Source: a virus
Lineage: Duplodnaviria > Caudoviricetes
IMG/VR virus record: IMGVR_UViG_3300043419_000785
Location: 1-62,008 of that record
Length of the DNA stretch: 62,008 bases
Strand: one strand, 5' to 3'
Shown piece by piece: positions 1 through 10,600 of the stretch. A program made the translations under genes and the position numbers. Below the pieces are notes generated by a model, which did no database searches, was not told the DNA's origin, and saw nothing but the letters and a program-made list of their open reading frames with translations. Within the stretch, counting starts at the first letter, position 1; every line of letters begins with the position of its first letter.

Positions 1-231
1 ATTTGTTTGTTTCGTGTTGGGTCTTGTGCACTTGCTTGTATTTCATTAATGATGCCGTTTTGTGTGCGCATCATTTGCCCTAGTTCTACAACTGACTGTG
101 CAATATGTGCCTCATAAGCATTGATGCCATACTCGTATTTAAATGGGTAGTTATTAATATCTGCGGTCATCACTGCATATGTCAGAGCCGTGACCATTTC
201 TTCTTCATGAGTCGTGTTAAGCCACACTCCA
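1..231. repeat. Terminal direct repeat, left copy (circular assembly overlap)
   Basis: 1-231 matches 61778-62008 except position 111 C vs 61888 A. Confidence 0.97.
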
Positions 232-3200
232 CGCCCTTGAGCAGTGTCAATTAATCCACGGTTAGCACCATATTGTAATTTGGTCATCTCGATACTAGGG
301 AATCTAGACCTTAATATGTCGTGATAAACAGCTCTTGGCATTGATTGCAACAACATGTGATGCAGTTCATGGACTTTAGTTTCTATAGTAGTAGTTGATT
401 CAACAACGCCATATCGACCAACATTGACAAACGTACCGTCTACTAGTACACGTACAGCGCTGTCAACGTATGCAAGGTCATGACCAGGTCTCATCAATTC
501 AGCTGCACCAGCACTAAGTTGTCCAAACGAACCAAGATGCTGTTCGTAATAAACCTGCTTCAGATCAGCTAACAACTGCTTGTTTGCACGTGTGTTATTA
601 AATATGCTGATTTCTCTAAAGTCTTTTTTCCACGAGTCAAACGTCGTGTATGTTTGTGTGACTGGCACAGTATATTCATTGCCATTCACCTTAATCTTGC
701 CACCTGAATTTACTGCCTCAGCAGCAAGTGTTTTTATCTGTTGAGGTGTGGCATTTATGTTGTTTTCCTTGAGAGTATCTTGGACAGATTTCTCTACAAA
801 TGCTGTGTAACTTGCTTCAACTTCAGCATTGGTTTTCCTAGCCATTAACCGTTTATTGAGGTTGATACCTTCCATACGTGCAACAGTCATGGCCCAACCA
901 GTAGCCCAGCCGTCGACGTATCGTGCTATAGCCTTAGCTTCTTGTTCCGTGCTATTCCATCTCTGCTGTAAAACACGAACTACATCTTGTTCACTACTGA
1001 CGCTTTCAACTTGTATAGCGGCAACTAGTGTTGAGTTATCTTTAGCCCCAAATGTCCAGTTGACATCCATCACACGTGGGCGAGGTTGTAGTGGTGAATA
1101 CGCTTTCAGGATAGACTTTATTTCTTCGTCAGTTACACTGGCTGTAGTTCTAAGTTCCTCTCCTTCGGTTTGTCGATACCATTCATAGCCTTCTTCACGT
1201 TCACCCGTGGCTTTACCTTCGGTTGACGTGGTGCGCTGTGGGAGATTTTCTTCAGGCTCTATATCTTTAGATGCAAATTTGTCTCCAAAACTAAGAGATG
1301 CATCCCGTGGTGTCTTTGTACCCATCTGTATTTTTTCAACAGCTGAATCAAAGTTAGGACCACGCATAACTTCTTTGTCAAATGCTTCCGCACTTGGTGC
1401 AACAATGATGCCATCTTCTTCTAATTCACTATAAGCCTGGTCAACAATCTCACGATTAACGCCTTGCCTTGTGCCAGTATCTTTAAACCTTTTTAACTGC
1501 TCTAGTGTTTGCGGAATAAAATCTTGTGATTCTAATTCCTGTTGTGAGATTGCCGGCTTGGTGGCATTTGTTTTTTCTCTTAGATATCGGACGATTTGCG
1601 ATTTTACAAAGTCGACTCCACTATCTCCACGACTTAGAACCCTTGGCGCTTCTCCATCACCTGAACCGTCACCAGGACCCTCTCCCTCATCTGTACCAGC
1701 ACCTGGGCCTTCACCTTCATCGCTACCAGCACCTGGCCCTTCACCTTCATCAGTGCCATCACTTGGGCCTTCGACACCATCACCTTCTTCAGTGGTGTCC
1801 GTCTTTGCATCTTCTACCTCGGTAGTTTTCTTCAGAGACTCTTTAATCTTAACTGCTTCCGACACATCAACAGCATCGGCATAACTCATCACGTATGGTT
1901 CAAAGACACGATTGTCTACATCGTAGACAAGCATGCCAACCATGCGTCGACCTTCTACAGTTTGGTCAACGTGACGAAGCAACACAACACGGTCACCGCT
2001 AAATCGGTCAGCGAATACTGCACCACGCTCAACCTGCTGTAACTGCCCTATACGTTCGTCTACATCAGAATACTGATCTCGTAGAACATCTACGTCGTAA
2101 CTGTCTTTCCAGCCTTCCTCATCGCCGGCAGTGACCTTTTCACGGTCATCCGGACTAATTCGCCAGTCAGATTCAGCAAACCGTACAGCATCACCTACAA
2201 CATCATTTGGACGATAGGATTTACGGTATGCACGCTCAGGCCATGCCGATTGCTTTACCGTTGTGATTGGCTTACCTGCGCCATCTCGTAACGTGCTGAT
2301 TGGAACTCTATAGTAGTTACCACTGAATGTACGCACGCCAACACTTTCGTTGCGTGTGTCTACATCTGATACCGCACGAACTGGGATGTCGACGCCGTCC
2401 TTACGAAGCTTGTAGATGTCTGGCTTCCAGTTACCAGCCCTGTCTTTGACTGGTACACCACGAAGGTCGTTCTCAGTGTTGTATGTTCGCCGTTCGCGCC
2501 CTGGTACATCTTCCGATTCAGCGGCTGGATCATACTTATATGGTCGTTGCTCAGGCGTTGACCTATCAATGAACGTAGTCGTGCCAAAGAATCTGCCAGC
2601 TTGATCTTTGAGTTCTTGTGGCAGTTCAGTCCACCCGTACGACCGCACCTCAGTAGTTCCATCGGCATTGCGATGCAGCACGTTGAAGTCGTTATCAGCA
2701 TTCATGCCGATAAGTTTCTGCGCTCCTTCAGAGGTAGGCGTAAATGCTACTTCCTTATTGGCATTTCGGCTGAACTGCACATTGAACTTTTGTACGACTT
2801 CGCCCGACTCTTTACGTGTTGGGAATACACCAACTTCAGTACCACTACGCTCTTCGACGGTGATTGGAACACCACCTTCAATAGTCTCAAAACGTGGGTA
2901 ACTTCCAGCAGTTGCAACGCCTGTAGTAGGCGTGACTGGTTCTGTGGTAGACGCTTGTTCACGCTTATTGCGTAGTTGCTCTACCTGTCCCGCAATATCA
3001 TTGACGTTAAAGTCTGGACGTGGAGTTGTATCAATATGTCCAAGACGTCCAAGTGCAGAGCCTAGTCGTGTTGTCCCGCCAAGAAGGGCAGCCATGCCCA
3101 TGTCTGCTAATTTCTCAAACTGAGTCTTATAGCCAAATTCCTTTAGTTGATTAACATCCGTTGGAGCGTAACCATAAGCCTCTGTTGCAGCTTTAATTGC

Positions 3201-4250
3201 TTGCTGGTTGCCGGCGTCAACACCTTGACCTGCTTGCATCACAAAGAATCCACGTGTGCTCAGGTCTTTTACTGACGCCATCATGTATGGATTACGAGCA
3301 ACAGCCCCATAATCTTGGAATACCTGTGGCACAAGTTTACGCAGTGGTGCGCCAGCCAGTTTAATTGTTGGTTTAAACAGTGACAACGTAGCCGCAGTTG
3401 CACCAAGTTGACCACCTGGGGTCTGTGGGCCAAACATGCTTTCACCAACGCCACGTTCTTCTGGCGTTAGATTGCCACTTGTAATTGCTTGCTGTGCTTT
3501 TTCGGCCAACGATGAACCAATGTGGCCACCTTGGATTGCACCATACAGGTGTCCACCAAATCGCACGCCTCCTGCGATAGCACGCATCCATGCTGGAGAC
3601 AGAGACGTTACACCAGATGTCAGTGCTCCTGTGGCAATGTCACCAACAGCACCACCGAGACCCATTGTAGGAACAGACGCTGCTGTAGATGGGAACGTCT
3701 TGGCAAACGAATAGCCTGACTCAGCACCAAATTGCTTTGCGTAGTCGGTGTCACTACCAGCCTGTAAATATGCTAACTCTGGTGGAAGACCACGACTTTT
3801 AAGTTTGCTTGCCGCTATATCAGCAGCGCCACCTCCAGCAAAACCTTGTAGGTACGCAGGGATTTGACCGAGAAGACCACGCCTTTGAAGTTTTTGCTCA
3901 GCGGCAATCCCTCTGGCACCAGATGCTTTAGCTTGTTGCCTAGCAGCCTGTGCTTCTTCAACAGAAGGCATAAGTACGCCTTCTGGGCCTAATCTTTGTG
4001 GGCTAGTCTTCCGGATCCTTGTACTGACTTTATTGCGTACATCTTGCAATATTGCAGTGTCTTTTGCGTCTAATCCTGTAAGAGCAGTAAATTCGGCAGG
4101 AGAATCTTTGGCACCACCAAGCAATGCCCTAAAGGCATTACTCATCACGAACTCATCGTCACCTATTTGTTCAAGCTTTTTGCGTGATGCCTTTGCATCA
4201 GGAGTCAACCCAAGCTGCTTAACAATATCTTTGAGTCGTTGGTTTTCCAT
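1..4250 (-). CDS. Giant virion/ejected protein, N-terminal part (continues across the circular junction)
   Basis: ATG at 4250 (MENQRLKDIVKQLG). In frame with 62004 (=227): 4250-227=4023=3x1341. No stop in the segments I translated, and the ORF track lists no stop-terminated ORF in this frame. Confidence 0.88.
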   Translation of the reverse strand, partial: MENQRLKDIVKQLGLTPDAKASRKKLEQIGDDEFVMSNAFRALLGGAKDSPAEFTALTGLDAKDTAILQDVRNKVSTRIRKTSPQRLGPEGVLMPSVEEAQAARQQAKASGARGIAAEQKLQRRGLLGQIPAYLQGFAGGGAADIAASKLKSRGLPPELAYLQAGSDTDYAKQFGAESGYSFAKTFPSTAASVPTMGLGGAVGDIATGALTSGVTSLSPAWMRAIAGGVRFGGHLYGAIQGGHIGSSLAEKAQQAITSGNLTPEERGVGESMFGPQTPGGQLGATAATLSLFKPTIKLAGAPLRKLVPQVFQDYGAVARNPYMMASVKDLSTRGFFVMQAGQGVDAGNQQAIKAATEAYGYAPTDVNQLKEFGYKTQFEKLADMGMAALLGGTTRLGSALGRLGHIDTTPRPDFNVNDIAGQVEQLRNKREQASTTEPVTPTTGVATAGSYPRFETIEGGVPITVEERSGTEVGVFPTRKESGEVVQKFNVQFSRNANKEVAFTPTSEGAQKLIGMNADNDFNVLHRNADGTTEVRSYGWTELPQELKDQAGRFFGTTTFIDRSTPEQRPYKYDPAAESEDVPGRERRTYNTENDLRGVPVKDRAGNWKPDIYKLRKDGVDIPVRAVSDVDTRNESVGVRTFSGNYYRVPISTLRDGAGKPITTVKQSAWPERAYRKSYRPNDVVGDAVRFAESDWRISPDDREKVTAGDEEGWKDSYDVDVLRDQYSDVDERIGQLQQVERGAVFADRFSGDRVVLLRHVDQTVEGRRMVGMLVYDVDNRVFEPYVMSYADAVDVSEAVKIKESLKKTTEVEDAKTDTTEEGDGVEGPSDGTDEGEGPGAGSDEGEGPGAGTDEGEGPGDGSGDGEAPRVLSRGDSGVDFVKSQIVRYLREKTNATKPAISQQELESQDFIPQTLEQLKRFKDTGTRQGVNREIVDQAYSELEEDGIIVAPSAEAFDKEVMRGPNFDSAVEKIQMGTKTPRDASLSFGDKFASKDIEPEENLPQRTTSTEGKATGEREEGYEWYRQTEGEELRTTASVTDEEIKSILKAYSPLQPRPRVMDVNWTFGAKDNSTLVAAIQVESVSSEQDVVRVLQQRWNSTEQEAKAIARYVDGWATGWAMTVARMEGINLNKRLMARKTNAEVEASYTAFVEKSVQDTLKENNINATPQQIKTLAAEAVNSGGKIKVNGNEYTVPVTQTYTTFDSWKKDFREISIFNNTRANKQLLADLKQVYYEQHLGSFGQLSAGAAELMRPGHDLAYVDSAVRVLVDGTFVNVGRYGVVESTTTIETKVHELHHMLLQSMPRAVYHDILRSRFPSIEMTKLQYGANRGLIDTAQGRGVWLNTTHEEEMVTALTYAVMTADINNYPFKYEYGINAYEAHIAQSVVELGQMMRTQNGIINEIQASAQDPTRNKQ
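1671..1772 (-). repeat. 30-bp tandem repeat encoding DEGEGPGAG(T/S) linker
   Basis: Units such as CACCTGGGCCTTCACCTTCATCGCTACCAG recur with a 30-nt period. Confidence 0.85.
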
Positions 4251-4263
4251 ACTTACCTTATCT

Positions 4264-6393
4264 TTATCTCGTCAACCTAATGTTTGATGGCTTTGGTGTT
4301 GGCTTTTTGCCAGGTGCTTTTCCCATTGCTACTAAAGAGTCTAATTGATCGGTTGTCAAATTAGGGTCAGATTTTTTCCACTGTAGCCTTAATTCTTTTC
4401 TACGTGCTTCGTCCCCTGTAAATTTGTCTCTTACTGCACCCTCATAACCTCGCAGTCCATCCAGAGATTCATTTGCGTCGGTAATTTGACGATCCAGTGT
4501 CGCTGCTTGAGCAACTTGTCTGTACAACTCCGTGCTTTCTCTAACAGCCATTTTCTGCTCTTCGGTTAGACTATTCCATTCATCCGGAGTTGTATCCTGG
4601 CCAGAACGAACTTTATCCATAATTGAAGCGTCGACAGAATTAAGCGATGTATGGTTAATCCATTGCGACGACGAAAGAGCACGTATTGTAGTGTTGACTG
4701 TGTTTAACCGTGCCTTCAATGTGTCAACGTTTTTCTGTGTTACATCACCAAGACTCTGTATAAACTTGATATCTTTTTGTCCGACTTCTTTGTTTTTCAA
4801 CCATCTGTCAAATCTGTCTTTATCGATATCAAAATTTAACCGTTCTCTTGATATACCAAGTTGCTGCCATCCACGTAATGATTCGTCATTAAATTTAAAT
4901 TGATCCCATTTTTGACGCCACGCGGCATTTTGCATATCGTCGTAAACTTTTTTAGTTCGAGCCTTTATAAGTTCATTGTTCGGTATACGATTCAAAATTT
5001 CAGTTTGCGTCTTAGCATCAGTCAACTTTGCAGTAGCCACTGCACTAAGAGCTGATGCTTTAGGAGCAATCGTAAACTTTTGTGTAACTGGTACTTGCTT
5101 TTGAGTTTGAGGCACAAACTCCATTGACGACCCTTCGCCTGTGACCATTTTGGCTGCAGCTCTGTGAAGCGTTGGTGCAATGTTAGGCCCTGCTAGTTGC
5201 AACGTAAATCGTAAATCCTCCATGTTACGGAACGGGTCAAAGTTTGGATTCACCGTGCGTTGCGATTGTATAAATTGCTGTAAACCTAGTTCCTCTTGTG
5301 TGGTTGGTGTTCCAGATAAAACACGTGTAGCAAACCCTCGTCGAAATTCTTTGTCTGGGTCTGCAAAATTAGCCGGAACGTTAGTAGGTGACGGATTAAA
5401 TATCGGCGCCATATTAAATTGACCCCTAGCAGGGTCAAAATTAGCGTCTGTAATTGTACCAAGAGTTTGCGGAGCGTTATATCTAGCGTCTTGGTAAGCA
5501 TCCCTCTCCGATTGCGGAGCAAACATACCAGGCGCGTCAGTGCCAAACATACCAAGTAACTGTTGTTGTGGGGCTGTTCTTCTTGCAATCCCACCTTGCG
5601 TTGGCATGCCTAAAAATGGATTAGTAGCATCGTCAAATTTTGGTGCAAATCTATCTTCAATTGCGCGTGGTGCCCCATCGACATTAATTGTTTTGGTGCC
5701 CATTTGAACATCGTCGCCAGGCAAATACGGAATTTCCGCCATAGCGTTACGTTTGCCGTATAACGCTGCAAGGTGGTCACGCAAGCCCTGCATCCTAGCC
5801 CTTGCGGCTTCTGTAGTCATTCCTGGTGACTCAGATATTTCCCTTATGGTGTCTCTTACTGCATTTTTATCAGTAATAGTAACTGGTGGTGCATAGGTGT
5901 CATAGACATCTTCTGGTATTACATACTTACCTGTGGCTGGGTCAAACTTTACTCCAGCCATGCCATGCATACCACCTAAAAACAAGTCAGGGTCTGCGTT
6001 ATTAAATCCAAGTTGTGGCCCATATGCATCTAGTGCAGACTGTATTTGTTGTCTGTGAAAAGGCATTTTGGCAATACCTTCATCAATGACACGCCTACGG
6101 TCAGCCAATGTTAATCCAGAGCCGACGTTTTTCTGCCATGATTCCCAATATTTACGAGTAGGGTCTATCATCCGGTCAAATATCAATGATGGACCGGTGT
6201 CTATATTGGGAGCTGGTTTGTCGGAATCTTTCTTCTTTAAGTACTCGAACTTATCCTGTTCAAGTTTGTACTGACGTTCACGGTCATCCTGTTGCGCCTT
6301 CAATGTTGCTTGGCGGATGCCACGATTTTGCTTGAGTTGGCGACCTTGCTGGTAGCCACCCAGTAACCCCGCTAACAAGCCTAAAGGTTGCAT
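4264..6393 (-). CDS. Putative internal virion/ejection protein (709 aa)
   Basis: N-terminal GLLAGLLGGYQQG followed by predicted coiled coil; lies between tail genes and the giant protein as in podoviruses. Confidence 0.6.
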   Translation of the reverse strand: MQPLGLLAGLLGGYQQGRQLKQNRGIRQATLKAQQDDRERQYKLEQDKFEYLKKKDSDKPAPNIDTGPSLIFDRMIDPTRKYWESWQKNVGSGLTLADRRRVIDEGIAKMPFHRQQIQSALDAYGPQLGFNNADPDLFLGGMHGMAGVKFDPATGKYVIPEDVYDTYAPPVTITDKNAVRDTIREISESPGMTTEAARARMQGLRDHLAALYGKRNAMAEIPYLPGDDVQMGTKTINVDGAPRAIEDRFAPKFDDATNPFLGMPTQGGIARRTAPQQQLLGMFGTDAPGMFAPQSERDAYQDARYNAPQTLGTITDANFDPARGQFNMAPIFNPSPTNVPANFADPDKEFRRGFATRVLSGTPTTQEELGLQQFIQSQRTVNPNFDPFRNMEDLRFTLQLAGPNIAPTLHRAAAKMVTGEGSSMEFVPQTQKQVPVTQKFTIAPKASALSAVATAKLTDAKTQTEILNRIPNNELIKARTKKVYDDMQNAAWRQKWDQFKFNDESLRGWQQLGISRERLNFDIDKDRFDRWLKNKEVGQKDIKFIQSLGDVTQKNVDTLKARLNTVNTTIRALSSSQWINHTSLNSVDASIMDKVRSGQDTTPDEWNSLTEEQKMAVRESTELYRQVAQAATLDRQITDANESLDGLRGYEGAVRDKFTGDEARRKELRLQWKKSDPNLTTDQLDSLVAMGKAPGKKPTPKPSNIRLTR

Positions 6394-7208
6394 TAACCGA
6401 ATCCTCCACCTGCCAGGCTACCAATGCCCTTGACAGCACCCATCATCGCTTGATCTGATGCAGCACGTCGTGCATCAGCCGAAGCTTGCAATCTACCGAG
6501 TACACCCATCATGTTCTGACGTCCGCCTTGCGCGACATTGAATGAGTTGTTTAGCATGCCAGAGCCTTGACTAAAGTCGTTAGCCGCTGCATTTGCACCG
6601 AATCCATATGCATTAGCTAATCCTTGGCGTCGTTGTCCCATCAATCCTGCAACACCACTAGCGAAGCCTGGGTTATATGCTGATGCCATTGCTCGAGATG
6701 CACCGAGGTTACCGCCCATCATCCCAAACCGAGATGAGATACCTCGTTGCCGTGCTGAGTCTTGTGCCGCAAGAGCCGCCATGTCGTACTGCATGTTTGC
6801 TGGGTTAGCCATTGTGTCCATGTACCGAGATCGATACATGTCTTGATCAGCAAGCCCACGGTTTTGTAGCATCTGACCAATACCACCTAGTTGCCCAGCA
6901 TATGCATTGGCATCGCCCATGCCACTGCGGCCTAGACCTTCTTGTTCAATCTCGTATCGTGATGGACCTTGTCTCCTGCCAAACATGGACATTAAGCCCA
7001 TCGCACCACCAACTATGCCGGCAGCACGACCCGACGGACCAAGGTTTTGCCACTGTTGATCTAAGAATCCAGATGGTCCACCACCTGGTTGTCCAGCATA
7101 CATTGTTCCGGCACTGGGATTAAATACTGGTGCATTTGCATTGGCTGCGGCAGCATTCATCCTGTAACCGGGGTCGTTCATATTAAGTCCGCCGTTAATT
7201 CCACCCAT
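6393..7208 (-). CDS. Putative ejection/pilot protein, Gly/Ala/Met-rich (271 aa)
   Basis: Low-complexity G/A/M/Q composition; C-terminal GIGSLAGG; syntenic position. Confidence 0.6.
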   Translation of the reverse strand: MGGINGGLNMNDPGYRMNAAAANANAPVFNPSAGTMYAGQPGGGPSGFLDQQWQNLGPSGRAAGIVGGAMGLMSMFGRRQGPSRYEIEQEGLGRSGMGDANAYAGQLGGIGQMLQNRGLADQDMYRSRYMDTMANPANMQYDMAALAAQDSARQRGISSRFGMMGGNLGASRAMASAYNPGFASGVAGLMGQRRQGLANAYGFGANAAANDFSQGSGMLNNSFNVAQGGRQNMMGVLGRLQASADARRAASDQAMMGAVKGIGSLAGGGFG

Positions 7209-7212
7209 TGCG

Positions 7213-7638
7213 TTATCTCCCTACCCAGCCAATGTATGTAGCGTTGTTGACAGCAGTATAATCACGAGCTGTGTATTGTGTTGTTATAGCTGCTGTTCCA
7301 CCGTAAATTGTTCCAGATGCAGTAGCAATGTTGACTGCGTTGCCAGTTGCATCCATCTTCTGGATTGTAACAGTTTTACCTTCAAACGTCCCGGGGTCAG
7401 GGAGTGTGACAGTCACAGCCGCTGTACTTGCACTAGCCAGCACAATCATTGGTGCAAACTCTACAGTTGCTGAAGCCGTGAGTTCCTTACTTGGCACAAA
7501 GTTAGTACCAAACGGATCCCATGGAGTAGACACAACAATTGGTGGGTCTTCGACTGTTCGGCTTGACCCTGTTGTTTGCCTTCCATTTGGCGCGGCGCCT
7601 TGCCCATCTGCTGGTGCTGGTGCTGTTGCTGATGCCAT
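7213..7638 (-). CDS. Small tail-associated structural protein
   Basis: VTVTLP...GKTVTIQKMD...N.V motif common in tail fibre-associated domains. Confidence 0.55.
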   Translation of the reverse strand: MASATAPAPADGQGAAPNGRQTTGSSRTVEDPPIVVSTPWDPFGTNFVPSKELTASATVEFAPMIVLASASTAAVTVTLPDPGTFEGKTVTIQKMDATGNAVNIATASGTIYGGTAAITTQYTARDYTAVNNATYIGWVGR

Positions 7639-10600
7639 TATGACCTCTGTATAGCAGCATCATAACAGTGTATGTGTGCTGCGTGTATGTAGAACGTACC
7701 TGACGACGTGCCCGACAGTTTAATCTGCAATGCCGTAGCTTTGATTGCCCTGTTCAGATTTCGTATTGCAATCGACCTGTTAGTATTTTGCGCAAAACTA
7801 TAGGTTGTTGCCGTGCTGTTGAAGTATTGTCCGTATTGATCTTCGATGCGCCAGTTGATTGTAAGTTTGGAGCCAGTTGTGTCGACTGCGTTGTTATTCT
7901 GTATATGCAAGTCTAACTGATAAGCGCGGTTTACAGCATGGTATGCAACGCCCTCAGAATACGTTTGGCCATGTTGCCTCGTAAGTATCGACCAAGATAT
8001 AGGAGCCGTAGTTGCGGTGTCCGAATTATCTGTCGTGCCTGTAAGCCTATACAGCTGCCCTGTAGTGCTACCCATCAAGACCGTCTGAATGCTGTCACTG
8101 AATGACAATACGCATCCAGATGTGTACGTCATATTGTTTATCGTGGTCCACTTGACCCAGCCATTCGTGCGCGTGTCGTACACGTATACAGTTTGATTAG
8201 CACCACCAGCACCGCTGGATGTTGATGTCAGCAACAAACGCCTGTTTGCGTATACGCTAAACGATTGGCGATAGTAATCCTTCGATATGTTTGCTGGACC
8301 CTGCATTGTGGGGTCGAGGGATAGTAACTTCCGCAGTTCAGTTGACCTTGGTGTTATTTGTCCTTGGTTGTATGAAACAACTCCATTTACGCCAAGCCAC
8401 ATTACCTGGCCGTCTGCGTTAATCAGTGAGTTTGGCGCGGCAATACCTGCACCAGGTGTAGATACCCATAACTGTGCAGTGAACGTAGTTGGGTCGAAAC
8501 CGATGATTGTGCTTATACTGTTGTCTTTGAGAATGTACAGGCTTGCTGAGTTTGAGTTGCTCTGCTGTATGTTCTCCGTAAACGAACTAACCATCGCTCG
8601 GATGATTTCTTTATCTTGATATCCACCAACAGTAAATGACGCGCCCTTCTTCTGGACACCAGGCTCGTTCAAGTCTGGCACCTGCGTTGTGTAGATACCG
8701 TACTCTTGTCCCTGCTCCAACTCCCACGACCCGAATATCACGTTTCCTTTACTGGCAAAGATGCGTGATTGGAATACCGCTATTGAACTTGCTCCAAGTG
8801 GAAGATTATCTCTTCCTATCTCAAGAATGTGTCCTTGCTTATACAATTCAGGTATGTACAACAAGTCTGTGTCCGGAACCGTATCTACCAACGTTACAAC
8901 GCCCGGAGCAGTTGCCGAGGTGTTATCGTACGTTGCTGTCCAGTTTGGACCTGTAATCGTCTGGGTTCCAGTCGTAGCCGGGTCATAAGGCACGGATGCA
9001 ATTAATCTGAACCGTCCATCTGGGAACAGTGTGTTGCATCGCCTATAAACCAATATGTGGCTGTACTGTGCTGGTGCCGTCCGCTGTATGGTCGCATACG
9101 TTCCAGCCACAGTGCTAGTGTTCGGCGTGACTACCGCTCCGCCCGATGACAACGATACAGTTATTGCCGTCCCTGAATTTGTCAGGACGTAATACGTCGT
9201 GCCACCTGTGAGGTTACCAAGAGTAGTCGTAAAGACAATAGTGTCACCTACAGCGAACGGAGCAACTACACTGATTGCATTAGTACTTGCTGTGACCGTC
9301 GCATAGTAGTTGACCTTTCCATACGCCACATAGTGCTCTAACCATATTGGCCCAGTCACAGAAGTTACATATCTTATCTTTCCGGATTGTGTCGTTGGAA
9401 CAGAGTAATAGTAATAACTTGTTCCAGACAGGGCTGTCCAACTTCCGGATGCAACTGTCACAGTAGTGCCATCTAGAGCGATATATGTTATAGAAGGCGT
9501 TGCGTTTGATGATATTAACCGTATCTGGTATTCAGCCGGCACACTGGTCACTAAGTGTTGATCAGTATTTGTAGCGTCTGTTACAGAGACTACTTTCTTT
9601 CTATCCTTAGACAAGTCGACCTGATAGCCCACACCTCCAGTGTCTACCAATGGGTTGAGGACTACACTTGCGGCTGACAAGGCTGGTGTAGTGAACACTG
9701 TGTTAGAAACGTCGGATAGATTAGACTCGTACCCATTTGCTGTTAGACCGTCCGCTAGAAGTTGATCAGGCCCAAGTTTAGATGTAAGATTTTCTGGATA
9801 CCATCTAGTGAAAGCATATTCATACCCGTTGCTTGGGGTCAGACTTGTACCAGCCTTGACTAGGTCACCAATCCCGAATGCTGGTTCCCACGTACTAAAC
9901 GATGTCTCATCTTCCTTAAATACGTCTTCCAAGAACTTTATATAGACATATTGGACAGACTTACGTTCTTCTCTTGTAAGCCTGAAGATGTTGAATGAGA
10001 TGTATCTATTAGTCTTATCCCATTCGCCAATACTAGACCATGCTATGTTTGTAGACCCAGACTTCTGTATTCCTAGAACTATGTTTGGGTACTTGCCATT
10101 AGTTTTTACAAGCGGTGCCTCAAAATCCCACTTAAATGACAACGTGTCAACCGTTTGGAAGTCCATGTATGGCGATGCAAAGAGCACACGGATTGCTCTG
10201 TTTTTAACGTAGCTTGCATTGCGTGATACTAGATTTGTGTTCTCTTGATAGAACTTTATTGACACCAGTCCAGCATCGTTGAACTCTGTAGTGGTCGATG
10301 TAGTTAAAGCGGCTACACTTGCGTGAAACCTAATGTTGTCTATGATGATGTCTTGATTTGCTATGACAGCGGCGTTTTCAATCCTTAGTTTTATCTTTAC
10401 TAGTTGGCTTGCAAACTCACGGAAGTCTACGACTACATTGTTTAAAATCCAGTCTGCTTCATTTGTAGCGTACGCTTGGTTGTATTCTTTGCTGAATATT
10501 GCACCTGCAATAACGTTGCCAGAGTTGTTGAGTCCAGACACAGTGACAATGTATTTGACACTAGCCTCGGTCTTTACAATGTTGGCAAACGAATACCACT

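Noticed and set aside
1-231. True biological direct terminal repeat
   Set aside because: It lies mid-ORF in the giant gene, which fits an assembly overlap of a circular or permuted genome better.
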